From an uncultured archaeon (lineage in GTDB: Archaea > Asgardarchaeota > Thorarchaeia > Thorarchaeales > Thorarchaeaceae), in the NCBI GenBank assembly GCA_964610875.1, contig CAZSWP010000052.1, positions 1-20,693 of the forward strand: a DNA stretch of 20,693 nt. The letters are read 5' to 3'. The notes under the pieces are model-generated. The model searched no databases. It was not told the origin of the DNA and saw only the letters and a list, made by a program, of their open reading frames with translations. How positions within the stretch are numbered: the first letter of the stretch is position 1; each line of letters begins with the position of its first letter. Position numbers and translations under genes: made by a program. Positions 9,032-18,385 of this stretch are shown here, one piece after another.

Positions 9032-11650
9032 TCAGCTCTCAGAAGTGTATATGGTCATACTGGCTTTAACGCCCCCTAAGATTGCTGATGCTTTCTTCAG
9101 ACCGTTAGCCAGTTCTAGGATTGCCTGCAACTCTTGTAGATTGGATGCTGTGACTCTTCCTGTTATACTACCAGTAAATGACAGTTCAGCTCGAACTGAT
9201 AAGTTGTTGATGAGGATTGATGACATTCTGTCCTGTATCTCTTTTGCAAGGTCCCCAACGTCAGCCACAAATGAATCTGCTTTCTCTTGAGGGGATGCAG
9301 TGAAAGCACCTGATGGTTCGCTAAGAGTCTGTTGAGAGCCAGTTGCAGAAGTAGAGTCTGTCGTAGAAGGAGAAGTGTCTTGACTCTGCAATTCTGTGAC
9401 AACCTCTTGGGTTCTTTGCACCTCAGATGCGGATACCACTGTATCGCCATCATTTACATCGGTAAGGACCGAAGCCGGACCATAGGATAGCAAGACATCA
9501 CTGGTGAGAGTGTCAGGAATGACTCCCTTAACCAGACCAATAACACTCTCATAGACTCCTTTCTTGATCAACTCTTTCAGGTCACCAGGATACGCAAATG
9601 GAATCGAAGACACATCTTCCACATTCTCTATCAGGTCTCGCACCTGCACAGCAGTACGACTACCGAGTAGTATTGAAAAATAGAGTTTCGGGTCTGTTTC
9701 GTCAACATTGACTAGCTTTTGGACTCTTGGTTCTTTCAGATGTGGAATGAGTCGTTCTCGAATTGTCACATTTGCAGGAAGGGGCGTAAATCCGGTATCT
9801 ACCACATCATTGCCATGCATATACCAGATCTTAGTGTACATCCCTCGGAACTGCTGTAGCACCTTTGCCTCAGAGTCCTTGTATGCCTTTTTAGCTTCAT
9901 CTAAGAGCTTCCTTGTACCATCAACCTCTTTCTTCACCTTCTCTGCAGCCAGTGTCTGCTTTGTCCAGTGTACTAGTGGTCCGCTCATACCCGTATCAGG
10001 AACCATCATGATGAGGCTGTTCTTCTTTGATGCTGTGGGGATTAGGTACTTGCTTTTGATAGCTTCACAATCATCCCAGTAGAAAGGAACAATGACATTG
10101 AGGGCACGAGCTCGTGTTGAGAAACGGTCAGGAGTATGAAACACACACTGGTTCGTAGAGGATGCTCCAAACACAGTTTCGAACAACGTCTCTTTGATGT
10201 AGGTTATCACCTCATGGTCTGACACATGACTTGCTTTCATTCGGATGAGATTGGGAATGTTCTGTTCTGACTTGAACAGATATCGTCCTCGTTCATGCCA
10301 GAGAAAGGTCGAATGCTCCGAGTAGAACTTTTCCAAGAGCTGTTCCATATCAGTACTAGTCTTGACCTCTGGAATACACTGATGTGCCTCTGTGGGGGAA
10401 ATACCTCGTTTCTCCGGTTCAGGATGCAGAGAATACAGGAATACAGCAGATGCTACCTTTGAGAACCTTCCATAGACCACGTTACTATCTGCTTTTCCGG
10501 CTGATTGAATGACATCCTTTGTGACTGCCTGTGCCAGGTTATACCCAAATACATTGGTGTTGGTGAGGATGTTCTTTAGGTCTGCATCTGTGAAGAGCAG
10601 GTCAGCAGGAGAGAGCACATGAAAGTCAGCATGGTCTGTGTTATTGATAAGCCCCTTGACAGCAAGAGCTACGACTTTCAATGCATCCCGCGTCTTCTGA
10701 AAGGCCGGAAAGAGTGAGATACGAGAGAATAGGACATCCACAAGAAGATGATGGAAGGGATAATATCCATCAAAATCCAGGTTGGTCAGCTTGTTCATCT
10801 CCTTTTCAACTGCCTTTGCCAGACGAGAATCCATTGACTCCACTAGCCGTTTCCGAAGCACGGAAGGAAAGTCACGCACTTCAACAGGAGATATTGGTTG
10901 TGTGACTCGTCCAAGGATGGAATCCACATCACCCACTGTATCACTGACCTCTTGGAGACTAGTCTTGATGATCTCCACTTCACGGGAATATGCAGCCGCT
11001 CCTTCTGGATTGGTGATGATGAGAATTGAGTCTTTCGTGCTATTGATGGCAGTGATAAGGGTGTGGATGTTTGCCATCTCCTCCCTCTGCTTTTCATCCT
11101 CCAGCTTGGCAAGATATACAACAAGCTCGTCAATAAGGACCAACAAAGGTAGGTTTCGGTCTTCTATTGCGGAAATGATCTCATCACGGGTGGGTCTCAT
11201 GATGTCCTTCAGGGGAGATTTCTCACTAAGCGGATAGGCTAAATTGTGACCATCGAGGGCAATTATCTCCACCTCAGGAACCGCTTTCATAGATAGTTTC
11301 TGAAGAATGGGTTGTTGAGGCGGAGTCGTTCGAGACGTGAAGACATGGTAGAGTAGAGCAAGTAGATGACTTTTCCCGCCACCAAAACCAGTTGCTAAAT
11401 GAAAAATTCCCTTCTGGTCAGCCTTGTGGGTTCTGGCCAGACATGTCTTCAAGACACCCTCCATGTTTGGTGTAATGTGGGTGAGCTCGAAAAATGTCAC
11501 AGGGTCTAGATATTCCTTGTGTCCAGTTCCCTTAATGATATCTGAAAAGCTCACTTCAAACCGTTCGGGTCGAAAAGCCTTAAGCCAATCTTTGAACTTT
11601 AATTTTCCAGATTGCATTGCTTCCTTGAGAGTTGGAACGCCCGATGACAT
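9032..11650 (-). CDS. DUF499 family AAA+ ATPase (BrxC/PglY-related)
   Basis: Walker A ATGFGGGKSHLL, Walker B LLVLIDELVVY, YYPFH, FQKTRDAL. Ser/Thr-rich linker (SQDTSPSTTDSTSATGSQQT) precedes a small C-terminal domain. RBS GAGG at 11658-11661. Confidence 0.92.
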   Translation of the reverse strand: MSSGVPTLKEAMQSGKLKFKDWLKAFRPERFEVSFSDIIKGTGHKEYLDPVTFFELTHITPNMEGVLKTCLARTHKADQKGIFHLATGFGGGKSHLLALLYHVFTSRTTPPQQPILQKLSMKAVPEVEIIALDGHNLAYPLSEKSPLKDIMRPTRDEIISAIEDRNLPLLVLIDELVVYLAKLEDEKQREEMANIHTLITAINSTKDSILIITNPEGAAAYSREVEIIKTSLQEVSDTVGDVDSILGRVTQPISPVEVRDFPSVLRKRLVESMDSRLAKAVEKEMNKLTNLDFDGYYPFHHLLVDVLFSRISLFPAFQKTRDALKVVALAVKGLINNTDHADFHVLSPADLLFTDADLKNILTNTNVFGYNLAQAVTKDVIQSAGKADSNVVYGRFSKVASAVFLYSLHPEPEKRGISPTEAHQCIPEVKTSTDMEQLLEKFYSEHSTFLWHERGRYLFKSEQNIPNLIRMKASHVSDHEVITYIKETLFETVFGASSTNQCVFHTPDRFSTRARALNVIVPFYWDDCEAIKSKYLIPTASKKNSLIMMVPDTGMSGPLVHWTKQTLAAEKVKKEVDGTRKLLDEAKKAYKDSEAKVLQQFRGMYTKIWYMHGNDVVDTGFTPLPANVTIRERLIPHLKEPRVQKLVNVDETDPKLYFSILLGSRTAVQVRDLIENVEDVSSIPFAYPGDLKELIKKGVYESVIGLVKGVIPDTLTSDVLLSYGPASVLTDVNDGDTVVSASEVQRTQEVVTELQSQDTSPSTTDSTSATGSQQTLSEPSGAFTASPQEKADSFVADVGDLAKEIQDRMSSILINNLSVRAELSFTGSITGRVTASNLQELQAILELANGLKKASAILGGVKASMTIYTSES

Positions 11651-11683
11651 ACGAATTCCTCAACAGCAGGATACTTCATAGCT

Positions 11684-11691
11684 AATATAAA
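11684..11691 (-). promoter_or_regulatory. Candidate archaeal TATA box for the DUF499 operon
   Basis: TTTATATT on the minus strand, 34-41 nt upstream of ATG 11650. Confidence 0.55.
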
Positions 11692-12027
11692 TGGTGGCAA
11701 AAATGAGTTTTGGAAGAAGGGACATGTGTATCGAGCTGATATAATCACACACATTGTTTCCTTCTATTATGTCTTTAGAGCAATAATATCCCTCAATTGC
11801 ATTATAACTATGGGTTTGAATCCCCTTCAAAAAGAGTCCTGCAATTTTTTAATATCTTTCGTCTATTTACCTACGAAGTGGGAGTCCCGTTGGTAAACTA
11901 TTGCTGTTCACAAAAGATTGGTCTAGCAGACCATTAGTGGAAACATATCTACTGTGAGACGCATCACTACTGATTTCGTATGACCCCTTATTCCTTTCTT
12001 CATACAATAGTGTAGAGGTAAAGAGTC

Positions 12028-12906
12028 ATGGTAGAGATAACTAGTAGCAATGTAGCAGGATTATCGGTCCATCTGATGGACGACTGTCCTCTGGTGGACC
12101 CAGCCTATCCTTTGACTGAGGAAGGATATCTACAGCCTATTTGCAGACCGTGTTGGACCAGGACATTGAACTGTCGATTTCATAGACAGTACATTCCGAG
12201 GTCTCTTGAAGAGATAGTAGTAGACGTTGAACTTGCGCCTCTAATAGCACAGATGGAACATAGAATGTCCATTCCTTCATCTCCTAAACAAGAACAGTGT
12301 GAGTTCTATGAGAGAGGTCGTTGGGACATCCAGTTGAGTGCAAAGACGGAGTTCTTTCATCCTTTTGCCTTGAGGACGATGGATGGAACAGATGCTTCAC
12401 CTGCAGAAAGAGTGTTAGAATTGTTCAACGAGCATCCAGAATTCGGAAGGCGTGTGAGATTCTTGTCAAAGCAAGATTATCGTGATTATCTACATCTTGT
12501 TCCATCCGAATCTCTATGCGGAGTCTCGATGACAACGCTGACGAAAGAACAAAGCAAGGAAGTGCAACCTGGTGCTGCGGATCCAGCAACTCTAATCAAG
12601 GTGCTGCAGAAAGCAGATAGGAAGGGGCTTCTAACATGGGCTGTTGCAGAGCCTTTCTATGATGAGATGAATCTAGTTTCCTTACTTGAGGAAGTTCCCC
12701 TTCTACAGGAGATATACATTGGACGTCTAACTGGCACTCGAACTGGATATCCTGTGCCATCAGATTTAGGCATCATAAAGCAAGTAAGACAAGCTTGTGA
12801 ATGGGCTGAAGACAACGCTCCTAAAATGCGGATATTGATGAAGAAACAGCTATGGCAAATCATGATCGATAAGAAATATTGGAATATTCTATTCTCTTGC
12901 ATTTAG
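12028..12906 (+). CDS. Radical SAM-fold protein (SPL-like / DUF5131 Gp37-Gp68-like) with atypical Cys spacing
   Basis: C20-x18-C39-x2-C42-W; RFLSK; GVSMTT..E....QPGA.DP...I..L......G..TW...EP; IYIG; ILMKKQL. RBS GAGGT upstream. Confidence 0.7.
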   Translation: MVEITSSNVAGLSVHLMDDCPLVDPAYPLTEEGYLQPICRPCWTRTLNCRFHRQYIPRSLEEIVVDVELAPLIAQMEHRMSIPSSPKQEQCEFYERGRWDIQLSAKTEFFHPFALRTMDGTDASPAERVLELFNEHPEFGRRVRFLSKQDYRDYLHLVPSESLCGVSMTTLTKEQSKEVQPGAADPATLIKVLQKADRKGLLTWAVAEPFYDEMNLVSLLEEVPLLQEIYIGRLTGTRTGYPVPSDLGIIKQVRQACEWAEDNAPKMRILMKKQLWQIMIDKKYWNILFSCI

Positions 12907-13851
12907 GATAAGTAACCTCTCTTCCCTTTCTTTTTTCACCACGAATCTCTCATTGAATAAGTCTACTTGATTTCTAATAGGATTGACTCTTGAATATAAT
13001 CGGATGAAGATAGCACATAAACTCTGGTAAAACTCCTTGTCATCTAAAGTGGTATCGATACTCTCATTCATTCTTGAAAATATTTCCTGTAATTCATCAC
13101 GTGCTATGCTTCGATATCCCCATCCATGCACTACTTTGTTCCTTAGCCGTCTTATCTCATTGAATATGTTCTTCACTTCTTCTCTTTGAGGATTCTGCAT
13201 TATATCAACAAGATTCTCCTTTCCAGGACATATTGTAATGCTGTCTGTGAAGAAATCAGTGTTATCCTCTGAGAAAGCATTGTTTATTCGACGATATTGA
13301 GAGTGAATATCATCAAATTGGGTATCGCTACAATGTCCACTTAGTACAAGCATTCCATACACTAAGTGTTCGAAATAACTTTCGAGAGCAACCAATGATA
13401 TGTAGAATTGCTGTCGTCCATCAAGCTCCTTATGCCCATGAATTTTGTGAATGAGAGTCTCAATACTTGTTTGGTTTCTCTCGACCTCTAACTTATCTCT
13501 GATATCGATATAATAATCCCCTCCATCAAACTTGATAATATATTCATCATCATTAATTGCCATGAAAGATCTTGGTATATGATATCCAGCTATCCGTAAG
13601 GAATAATGTGGCTTATTCCAATCGTCAGGAATGGTAAATTCAAACGAAGTGTTTCCAGGTGGAATCTTACGAAAATCTTTTGTATTTACGCTGTCCTCTT
13701 TGTCGAATACAGTAAAATTAGATTCTACAGGTATATCTGTAAAGATGAATTCGATAGTTCTTGTCATTATAGCCAACTCAGCTGGTTTTTTTATCTTCCT
13801 GAACTTTCTTAATAATTCAGAGTAGTAATCAGAGTAAAAGTATGAGGTCAT
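12889..13851 (-). CDS. HEPN domain protein (putative RNase effector) with uncharacterised N-terminal region
   Basis: Helix ALESYFE and Rx4H motif IRRLRNKVVHG in a helical C-terminal half. 18-bp convergent overlap with the radical SAM gene. Confidence 0.75.
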   Translation of the reverse strand: MTSYFYSDYYSELLRKFRKIKKPAELAIMTRTIEFIFTDIPVESNFTVFDKEDSVNTKDFRKIPPGNTSFEFTIPDDWNKPHYSLRIAGYHIPRSFMAINDDEYIIKFDGGDYYIDIRDKLEVERNQTSIETLIHKIHGHKELDGRQQFYISLVALESYFEHLVYGMLVLSGHCSDTQFDDIHSQYRRINNAFSEDNTDFFTDSITICPGKENLVDIMQNPQREEVKNIFNEIRRLRNKVVHGWGYRSIARDELQEIFSRMNESIDTTLDDKEFYQSLCAIFIRLYSRVNPIRNQVDLFNERFVVKKEREERLLILNARE

Positions 13852-13935
13852 TCGAAGTTCTACTTCACTCCAATCAATCGCAGTTCTCTCTTAATTTAAA
13901 CACTACTACCAGAAGATGATTCGTGACTTGCCACT

Positions 13936-14880
13936 TCAATCAGGACATTTCGACTCTAATGTATCAAGAAATTGACCATTCCAATTTATCAATAGGTCCC
14001 AATAGTTCTTCAGAAACCCAAGCTCATTCTTGGAAATGCTTTTTCCCCATCTGCTTGTGAAGCGTGTAGGCACTAGATAAAGGTCAAAGGAATCTTTATC
14101 GAATCCAATTATCAAATCGTTATGCTCCTCTGTGTACTTGTATGCCTTGGCTTCACTCTTGTACTCCCTGTCAATTCCACCTCTTGTTCCTGCACCGAGT
14201 TTGACGCAGATGAATAACATCCGCTTCGGAAGATTGAGAGGTAGATTTCTCTTGACGAGTTCAGAGATCACCTCATATTTGCTACCATCAACCTCTTCCA
14301 ATTCTGCGAAATTGATCCACCGTCGACGAAGGTGTTTGTCACAATATTCTAGAATCAGTGTCCGTGAGTCCTGATTGGCAATCATTCTATCAATTGTCGA
14401 ATCCACAAAAGATTCGATGTATGCATGAAGTGAGAGCACAAAACTCCCAATATATCGTTCAACCGCTTTCTCTCCCCATGGAATCTCGAAACTAGTTTCA
14501 CCATTCTGTTCCATTGTTTTTAGCATATATTGGACTAGATCCGGAAAGCGTGTCATTAGCTCTCTTTCTTCTGGAGTCATCTCAGTTTCTTACTGAATTG
14601 ATTCATCCATGGCATCTCTGAATTTGCTATCCAAGAAGAGCTTCGATAGTTTGGGGTGAATGCGTTTCATCAAATCTTGAATGAGTGGGAGTAGCATACC
14701 TACTGTTGTGAATTGTTTCTGGTCCTCGATTTGTCTGGATAATTTCTTACCATCTTCGGAGGAGAATAATGAGTTATAATCGATTCTTCCTTCGAGGTCA
14801 TCTGCGACTACTTTCCTGATTCCTTCTAATGGCTCATCGAAGGAGATGATTTCTGCTTTTTCATCATCTTTTTTATTCAT
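13936..14880 (-). pseudogene. Chimeric pseudogene: HEPN-like helical protein with an internal TAA, fused to the C-terminus of a probable PD-(D/E)XK endonuclease
   Basis: The 103-aa and 214-aa ORFs are in one frame: DESIQ-TAA(14590-14592)-ETE-MTPEE. Start ATG 14880 with AGGAG RBS. VLSLHAYIESFV resembles the first HEPN helix, but no Rx4H follows. After about 14190 the sequence reads YKYT...DLIIGFD....LYLVP, typical of a restriction-fold C-terminus. Confidence 0.6.
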
Positions 14881-15053
14881 TTCCACTCCTGACACACACA
14901 AAAGAAGCTGTCTATCTATTGATTTATGCTTTCATCTCAATATTGGCGAGTTAATGGTTGATTGCGGGAAAACACCAGAATACCGAAGAATAGATATTGG
15001 TGTCTTTAAACTAATCTTACTATCTGTTGATAAATAGCGAGGGACATTGAATT

Positions 15054-16655
15054 ATGAATTCTATTGGACTAATTGGACTGTGTGACAAGGACTTTGTTGA
15101 TGAAATCATTCAAGAAATTGAAACAAGATCTGCAAGAAGTAGTATTGAGTGGAACCATGAAGTTTGGAATGAGATGAGAACTGGTCTAGACGAATCAATC
15201 AAACAGAATGGCTTTGCAAGATTCTTCATGTATGAAAAGAAAGAGAGTGGCGGCGTAGGGATAAGAGTCGCAGCTCATTTTGACTCATTTGAGGATATCA
15301 TGCTTGAGGATTGCTATGAAGGTAAGCCATGTCTGACAAGTTTCAATGTTAAAGGATACGAAATATTTGATCCCCCACTATCAATATCTGCCTTTAGGGA
15401 CATTTCTACAGGTGATTCTATTAAAGCAACACAAGGACTAGGAAAAGCTTTTGCATATGTCAATGACCCGCAAGAAGTCAAAGGCAAAGATATGGCTGTA
15501 TTCGTAATGCTAGTTTGGAACACAGATAGTTGGCAATCTCCATCAGGAAGTATGGTAAATCCCAAGAAAGACTCCTATTATGCTGATTATGGGTTCGGTC
15601 TTGAAGAGTGGAATTTTCGAGCTGAACATGGACTTGATCGGTCTATCTATGGATTCATGATGGCTAGACCCGCAAATCTAGAGCGGTTAGGTATAGAACC
15701 AGAGAATTCTTTCCCAGTGTTTTTCTATGCACCACACGATGATGCCGCTTTTCTTATCGGTGGTTATCTTAGAAGTAGACATGTAGACCAAGATGAAATC
15801 GATAGATTGCATGACTTCCACATCAAAAGTGGAATAATAGATGACCGAGTAGATGAATTAATATCGATAATCGAAAATAGACCCATCTTTGGCAAGAAAA
15901 AGGGATTTAGTGCACTTAGAGTAAGTGAGAAAAAGAAGATTATATCCAAAGAGTTAGGAGTTGAAGGATATAAGGCAAGGCGATATCTTGCATGTCCAAT
16001 TGATAGCATTGTTCTACTACCTCAACCCATATCCATCGATCAATATCTTACAATCTTGATGAAGGAAACTAATGTCTTCAGGAAATACTCAAGACCACTC
16101 TACCTACGTGCATATCCAATTATCCTCAACAAATATGCATTCACTGATGAACCTACAGTGAATCTTTCAACTGATGATATCCGAGAATCACTCGAGGAAC
16201 CCGATGAAACTCCTGATGTAGGGGGGACAACTGACAGATATGACACATCCTTTGTTAGTTATACTATAAAGTCCCAGACCAAAGAATATCGCAAGAAGGA
16301 GTTCGATCTCGTCAATAGATTCATGGATTGGTTGGATGATACATATGGAATTCAATCGTATAGAGAGAGTCGAAGTGTCGACTTACGCTTTGAATATAGT
16401 AATACAACTTTTGGTGTTGAAGCTAAATTCTCTGATGGAAAGATGCGCTTTCCCATTCGAAGTGCCCTTGGTCAAATCTTGGAGTACAACTACTTTCCAG
16501 GACGGATTCCAAAAACACATTGGATAATACTCCTTAATCGACGACCCAATAAGGAGGAACGAAAATGGATAGAGTCAATCAAGATTGAACTTCCAATTAG
16601 CTTATGCTGGGAATCCAAAAATGGCTTTGAATTTCTATCGAACCCTCTGGTTTAG
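15054..16655 (+). CDS. Multi-domain PD-(D/E)XK nuclease, candidate modification-dependent restriction enzyme
   Basis: C-terminal EFDLV..F...VDL......GVEAK......IRSALGQILEY. Middle domain WN...WQSPSG...GFGLEEWNF. Acidic linker. TTTAAA at 15005-15010 and GAGGG RBS upstream. Confidence 0.7.
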   Translation: MNSIGLIGLCDKDFVDEIIQEIETRSARSSIEWNHEVWNEMRTGLDESIKQNGFARFFMYEKKESGGVGIRVAAHFDSFEDIMLEDCYEGKPCLTSFNVKGYEIFDPPLSISAFRDISTGDSIKATQGLGKAFAYVNDPQEVKGKDMAVFVMLVWNTDSWQSPSGSMVNPKKDSYYADYGFGLEEWNFRAEHGLDRSIYGFMMARPANLERLGIEPENSFPVFFYAPHDDAAFLIGGYLRSRHVDQDEIDRLHDFHIKSGIIDDRVDELISIIENRPIFGKKKGFSALRVSEKKKIISKELGVEGYKARRYLACPIDSIVLLPQPISIDQYLTILMKETNVFRKYSRPLYLRAYPIILNKYAFTDEPTVNLSTDDIRESLEEPDETPDVGGTTDRYDTSFVSYTIKSQTKEYRKKEFDLVNRFMDWLDDTYGIQSYRESRSVDLRFEYSNTTFGVEAKFSDGKMRFPIRSALGQILEYNYFPGRIPKTHWIILLNRRPNKEERKWIESIKIELPISLCWESKNGFEFLSNPLV

Positions 16656-16765
16656 ACTGCCTCTGTTCTGCTTCAATGGAACTTGATGAAACCATCCAGA
16701 AAATTGTGCATCGGTTTTAATACTGATAGATTAATAAGTTACCTCAAACTAACGTAATAATAATT

Positions 16766-17929
16766 ATGTCAATTTTCTATAAGTCCACATCTCGGGATGA
16801 GAATGCACTTTCATATAGATTTCTTGCTATCTATCAGAAATTAAGTAGAGAGGGGCGCTCTGTCCTTTTCAAGAATTGTGGACTTGGTAATCTTCCAAAG
16901 ATGGAAGAACCAATCAGCATCCAAAATCAGGCCCAGCTAGGAAAAAGACAACCAGATGGAATAATTAAGTTTCCCAACACGATCATAGTTTTTGAGAACA
17001 AAGTCAACTCAGTTCATGAAGACGGTTTTGAAGACGATTTGAGTCAGCTTAAGTATTACTACTCACAGGTAAATGAAGAGTTCCGTCTGAAGAAAGAATT
17101 CAAACCAAAATTGTTAATTGCTGCAAATAGTGCAGATCAAACTAAAGAACAGATTCGAGTGCTGATTAGAGAGCAAGATATCCCTGAAGATGATGTTGAC
17201 ATAATGACTTGGCAAGAGGTACACAATGCATGTATCAGAACTTTGAGATTGTGGGATACAACGACAGCTTCAGAGCTTGACCGATTCTTGGTTAATGAAT
17301 TAAAGATACTCTTGGAGGATATGGATATGGAATCATTTAGCGGAATCAAAATTGAGCACATTGAGGGTTACGCAAAATCCTATCATGCACTAAGTGCATT
17401 GCAGGAATTTCTGAAGAGTGAAATAATAAAGGAATTTAGTATGCTCAAACCTCGCACAATGGGACATTATGGGAGTATACATCAGAGGTATCTTGCATTT
17501 CGTTTCTTACCTAAATGGCGTTATGCCCGGCTATTCGTTGCTATTTTACGTAAAGACCAATTTCTCAAGACAGCAATCACACTTAATAATTATCAATCAA
17601 CCTCTGCACTAATGAAACCTGGAATTTTAGAGGAGCTAATCCCAGCTCTTGAAACAATTGAAGGATTTCGAGTCAGATTGGGACCAGATAAGAAAACTGT
17701 CAACCTTTCTAAAAGATTTGAAGAGTACAAATCGGGAAACTTCTTTGAAGGGTATCTTAGTATTGATAAAAGATATACGTTTCAAGAACTTAAAAATGAT
17801 TTTGGATTGGATTCGATTAAATTTCCAGAGAATCTTATGTCTGAAATATTGAAATTGAAACCAATTGCGACAATTATATATCAAGGATTAATGAAAACCA
17901 AACAGAAACAGGAACCTGGCGGAGATTGA
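16766..17929 (+). CDS. PD-(D/E)XK nuclease superfamily protein (PDDEXK_4-like N-terminal domain)
   Basis: DENALS, RQPDGII....IIVFENKV, SQLKYY, IMTWQEV. The last residues (EPGGD*) read into BON-derived DNA. Confidence 0.78.
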   Translation: MSIFYKSTSRDENALSYRFLAIYQKLSREGRSVLFKNCGLGNLPKMEEPISIQNQAQLGKRQPDGIIKFPNTIIVFENKVNSVHEDGFEDDLSQLKYYYSQVNEEFRLKKEFKPKLLIAANSADQTKEQIRVLIREQDIPEDDVDIMTWQEVHNACIRTLRLWDTTTASELDRFLVNELKILLEDMDMESFSGIKIEHIEGYAKSYHALSALQEFLKSEIIKEFSMLKPRTMGHYGSIHQRYLAFRFLPKWRYARLFVAILRKDQFLKTAITLNNYQSTSALMKPGILEELIPALETIEGFRVRLGPDKKTVNLSKRFEEYKSGNFFEGYLSIDKRYTFQELKNDFGLDSIKFPENLMSEILKLKPIATIIYQGLMKTKQKQEPGGD

Positions 17930-18341
17930 GTCAAGAATTGAATATACACTACTTCTGAACCCAAGAATAGAATCGCAGAGTATCGACGTCGATGTATCAA
18001 ATAGACGAGTTACCTTGAAGGGGTATGTAGATGCCTTTTGGAAGAAGCGAGAAGCCAAGACCCTGTCAGCAAACGCAAAGGGAGTAATCGATGGGACCGA
18101 CAATCTCGATATTGTACCCCCACGAGAGTATCCTGATGATGAGATTGCACACGAAATTGGGAAGGCCTTAGATTGGAGACCCGTTGTATCACAGGATACT
18201 GTTGATGTGAAGGTGTCCAATGGTGAAGTTACCCTTGAAGGCACTGTTCCTAATTGGTTCACATACTCTCAAATCAAGGTATCTTCCGAGAATACTCTTG
18301 GTGTCGTAAATGTTGTAGACAAAATGAGGATTGAAGCCTGA
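17922..18341 (+). pseudogene. BON-domain (OsmY-like) protein, 5'-truncated, two BON repeats
   Basis: The frame is open upstream of the track's TTG at 18015: EIESRIEYTLLLNPRIESQSIDVDVSNRRVTLKGYVD... and DDEIAHEIGKAL...VDVKVSNGEVTLEGTV...GVVNVVDKM. The first repeat begins inside the nuclease's 3' end with no ATG/GTG/TTG start or RBS. Confidence 0.75.
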
Positions 18342-18350
18342 TAATCCAAC

Positions 18351-18385
18351 GAAAGAAGAAGAGGAGAGAGGGATTCCCTCTCTCC
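18351..18385 (-). terminator. Hairpin with pyrimidine-rich tail, probable terminator between convergent genes
   Basis: GGAGAGAGGG-ATT-CCCTCTCTCC (18363-18385, 10-bp perfect stem), followed on the minus strand by TCTTCTTCTTTC. Confidence 0.6.

Noticed and set aside
3261-11650. Canonical BREX or DISARM assignment
   Set aside because: No PglZ, BrxL or DrmB/DUF1998 gene is present in the window; the composition fits the DUF499/DUF1156 restriction-like class.
3349-11681. Numerous short antisense or alternate-frame ORFs over the helicase, methylase and ATPase genes
   Set aside because: Shadow ORFs fully overlapping motif-supported genes, with no motifs of their own.
11811-11825. GGGTTTGAATCCCC resembles a tRNA T-arm (possible att remnant)
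   Set aside because: The loop has TTT rather than TTC, the stem is only 3 bp, and no acceptor strand or CCA follows.
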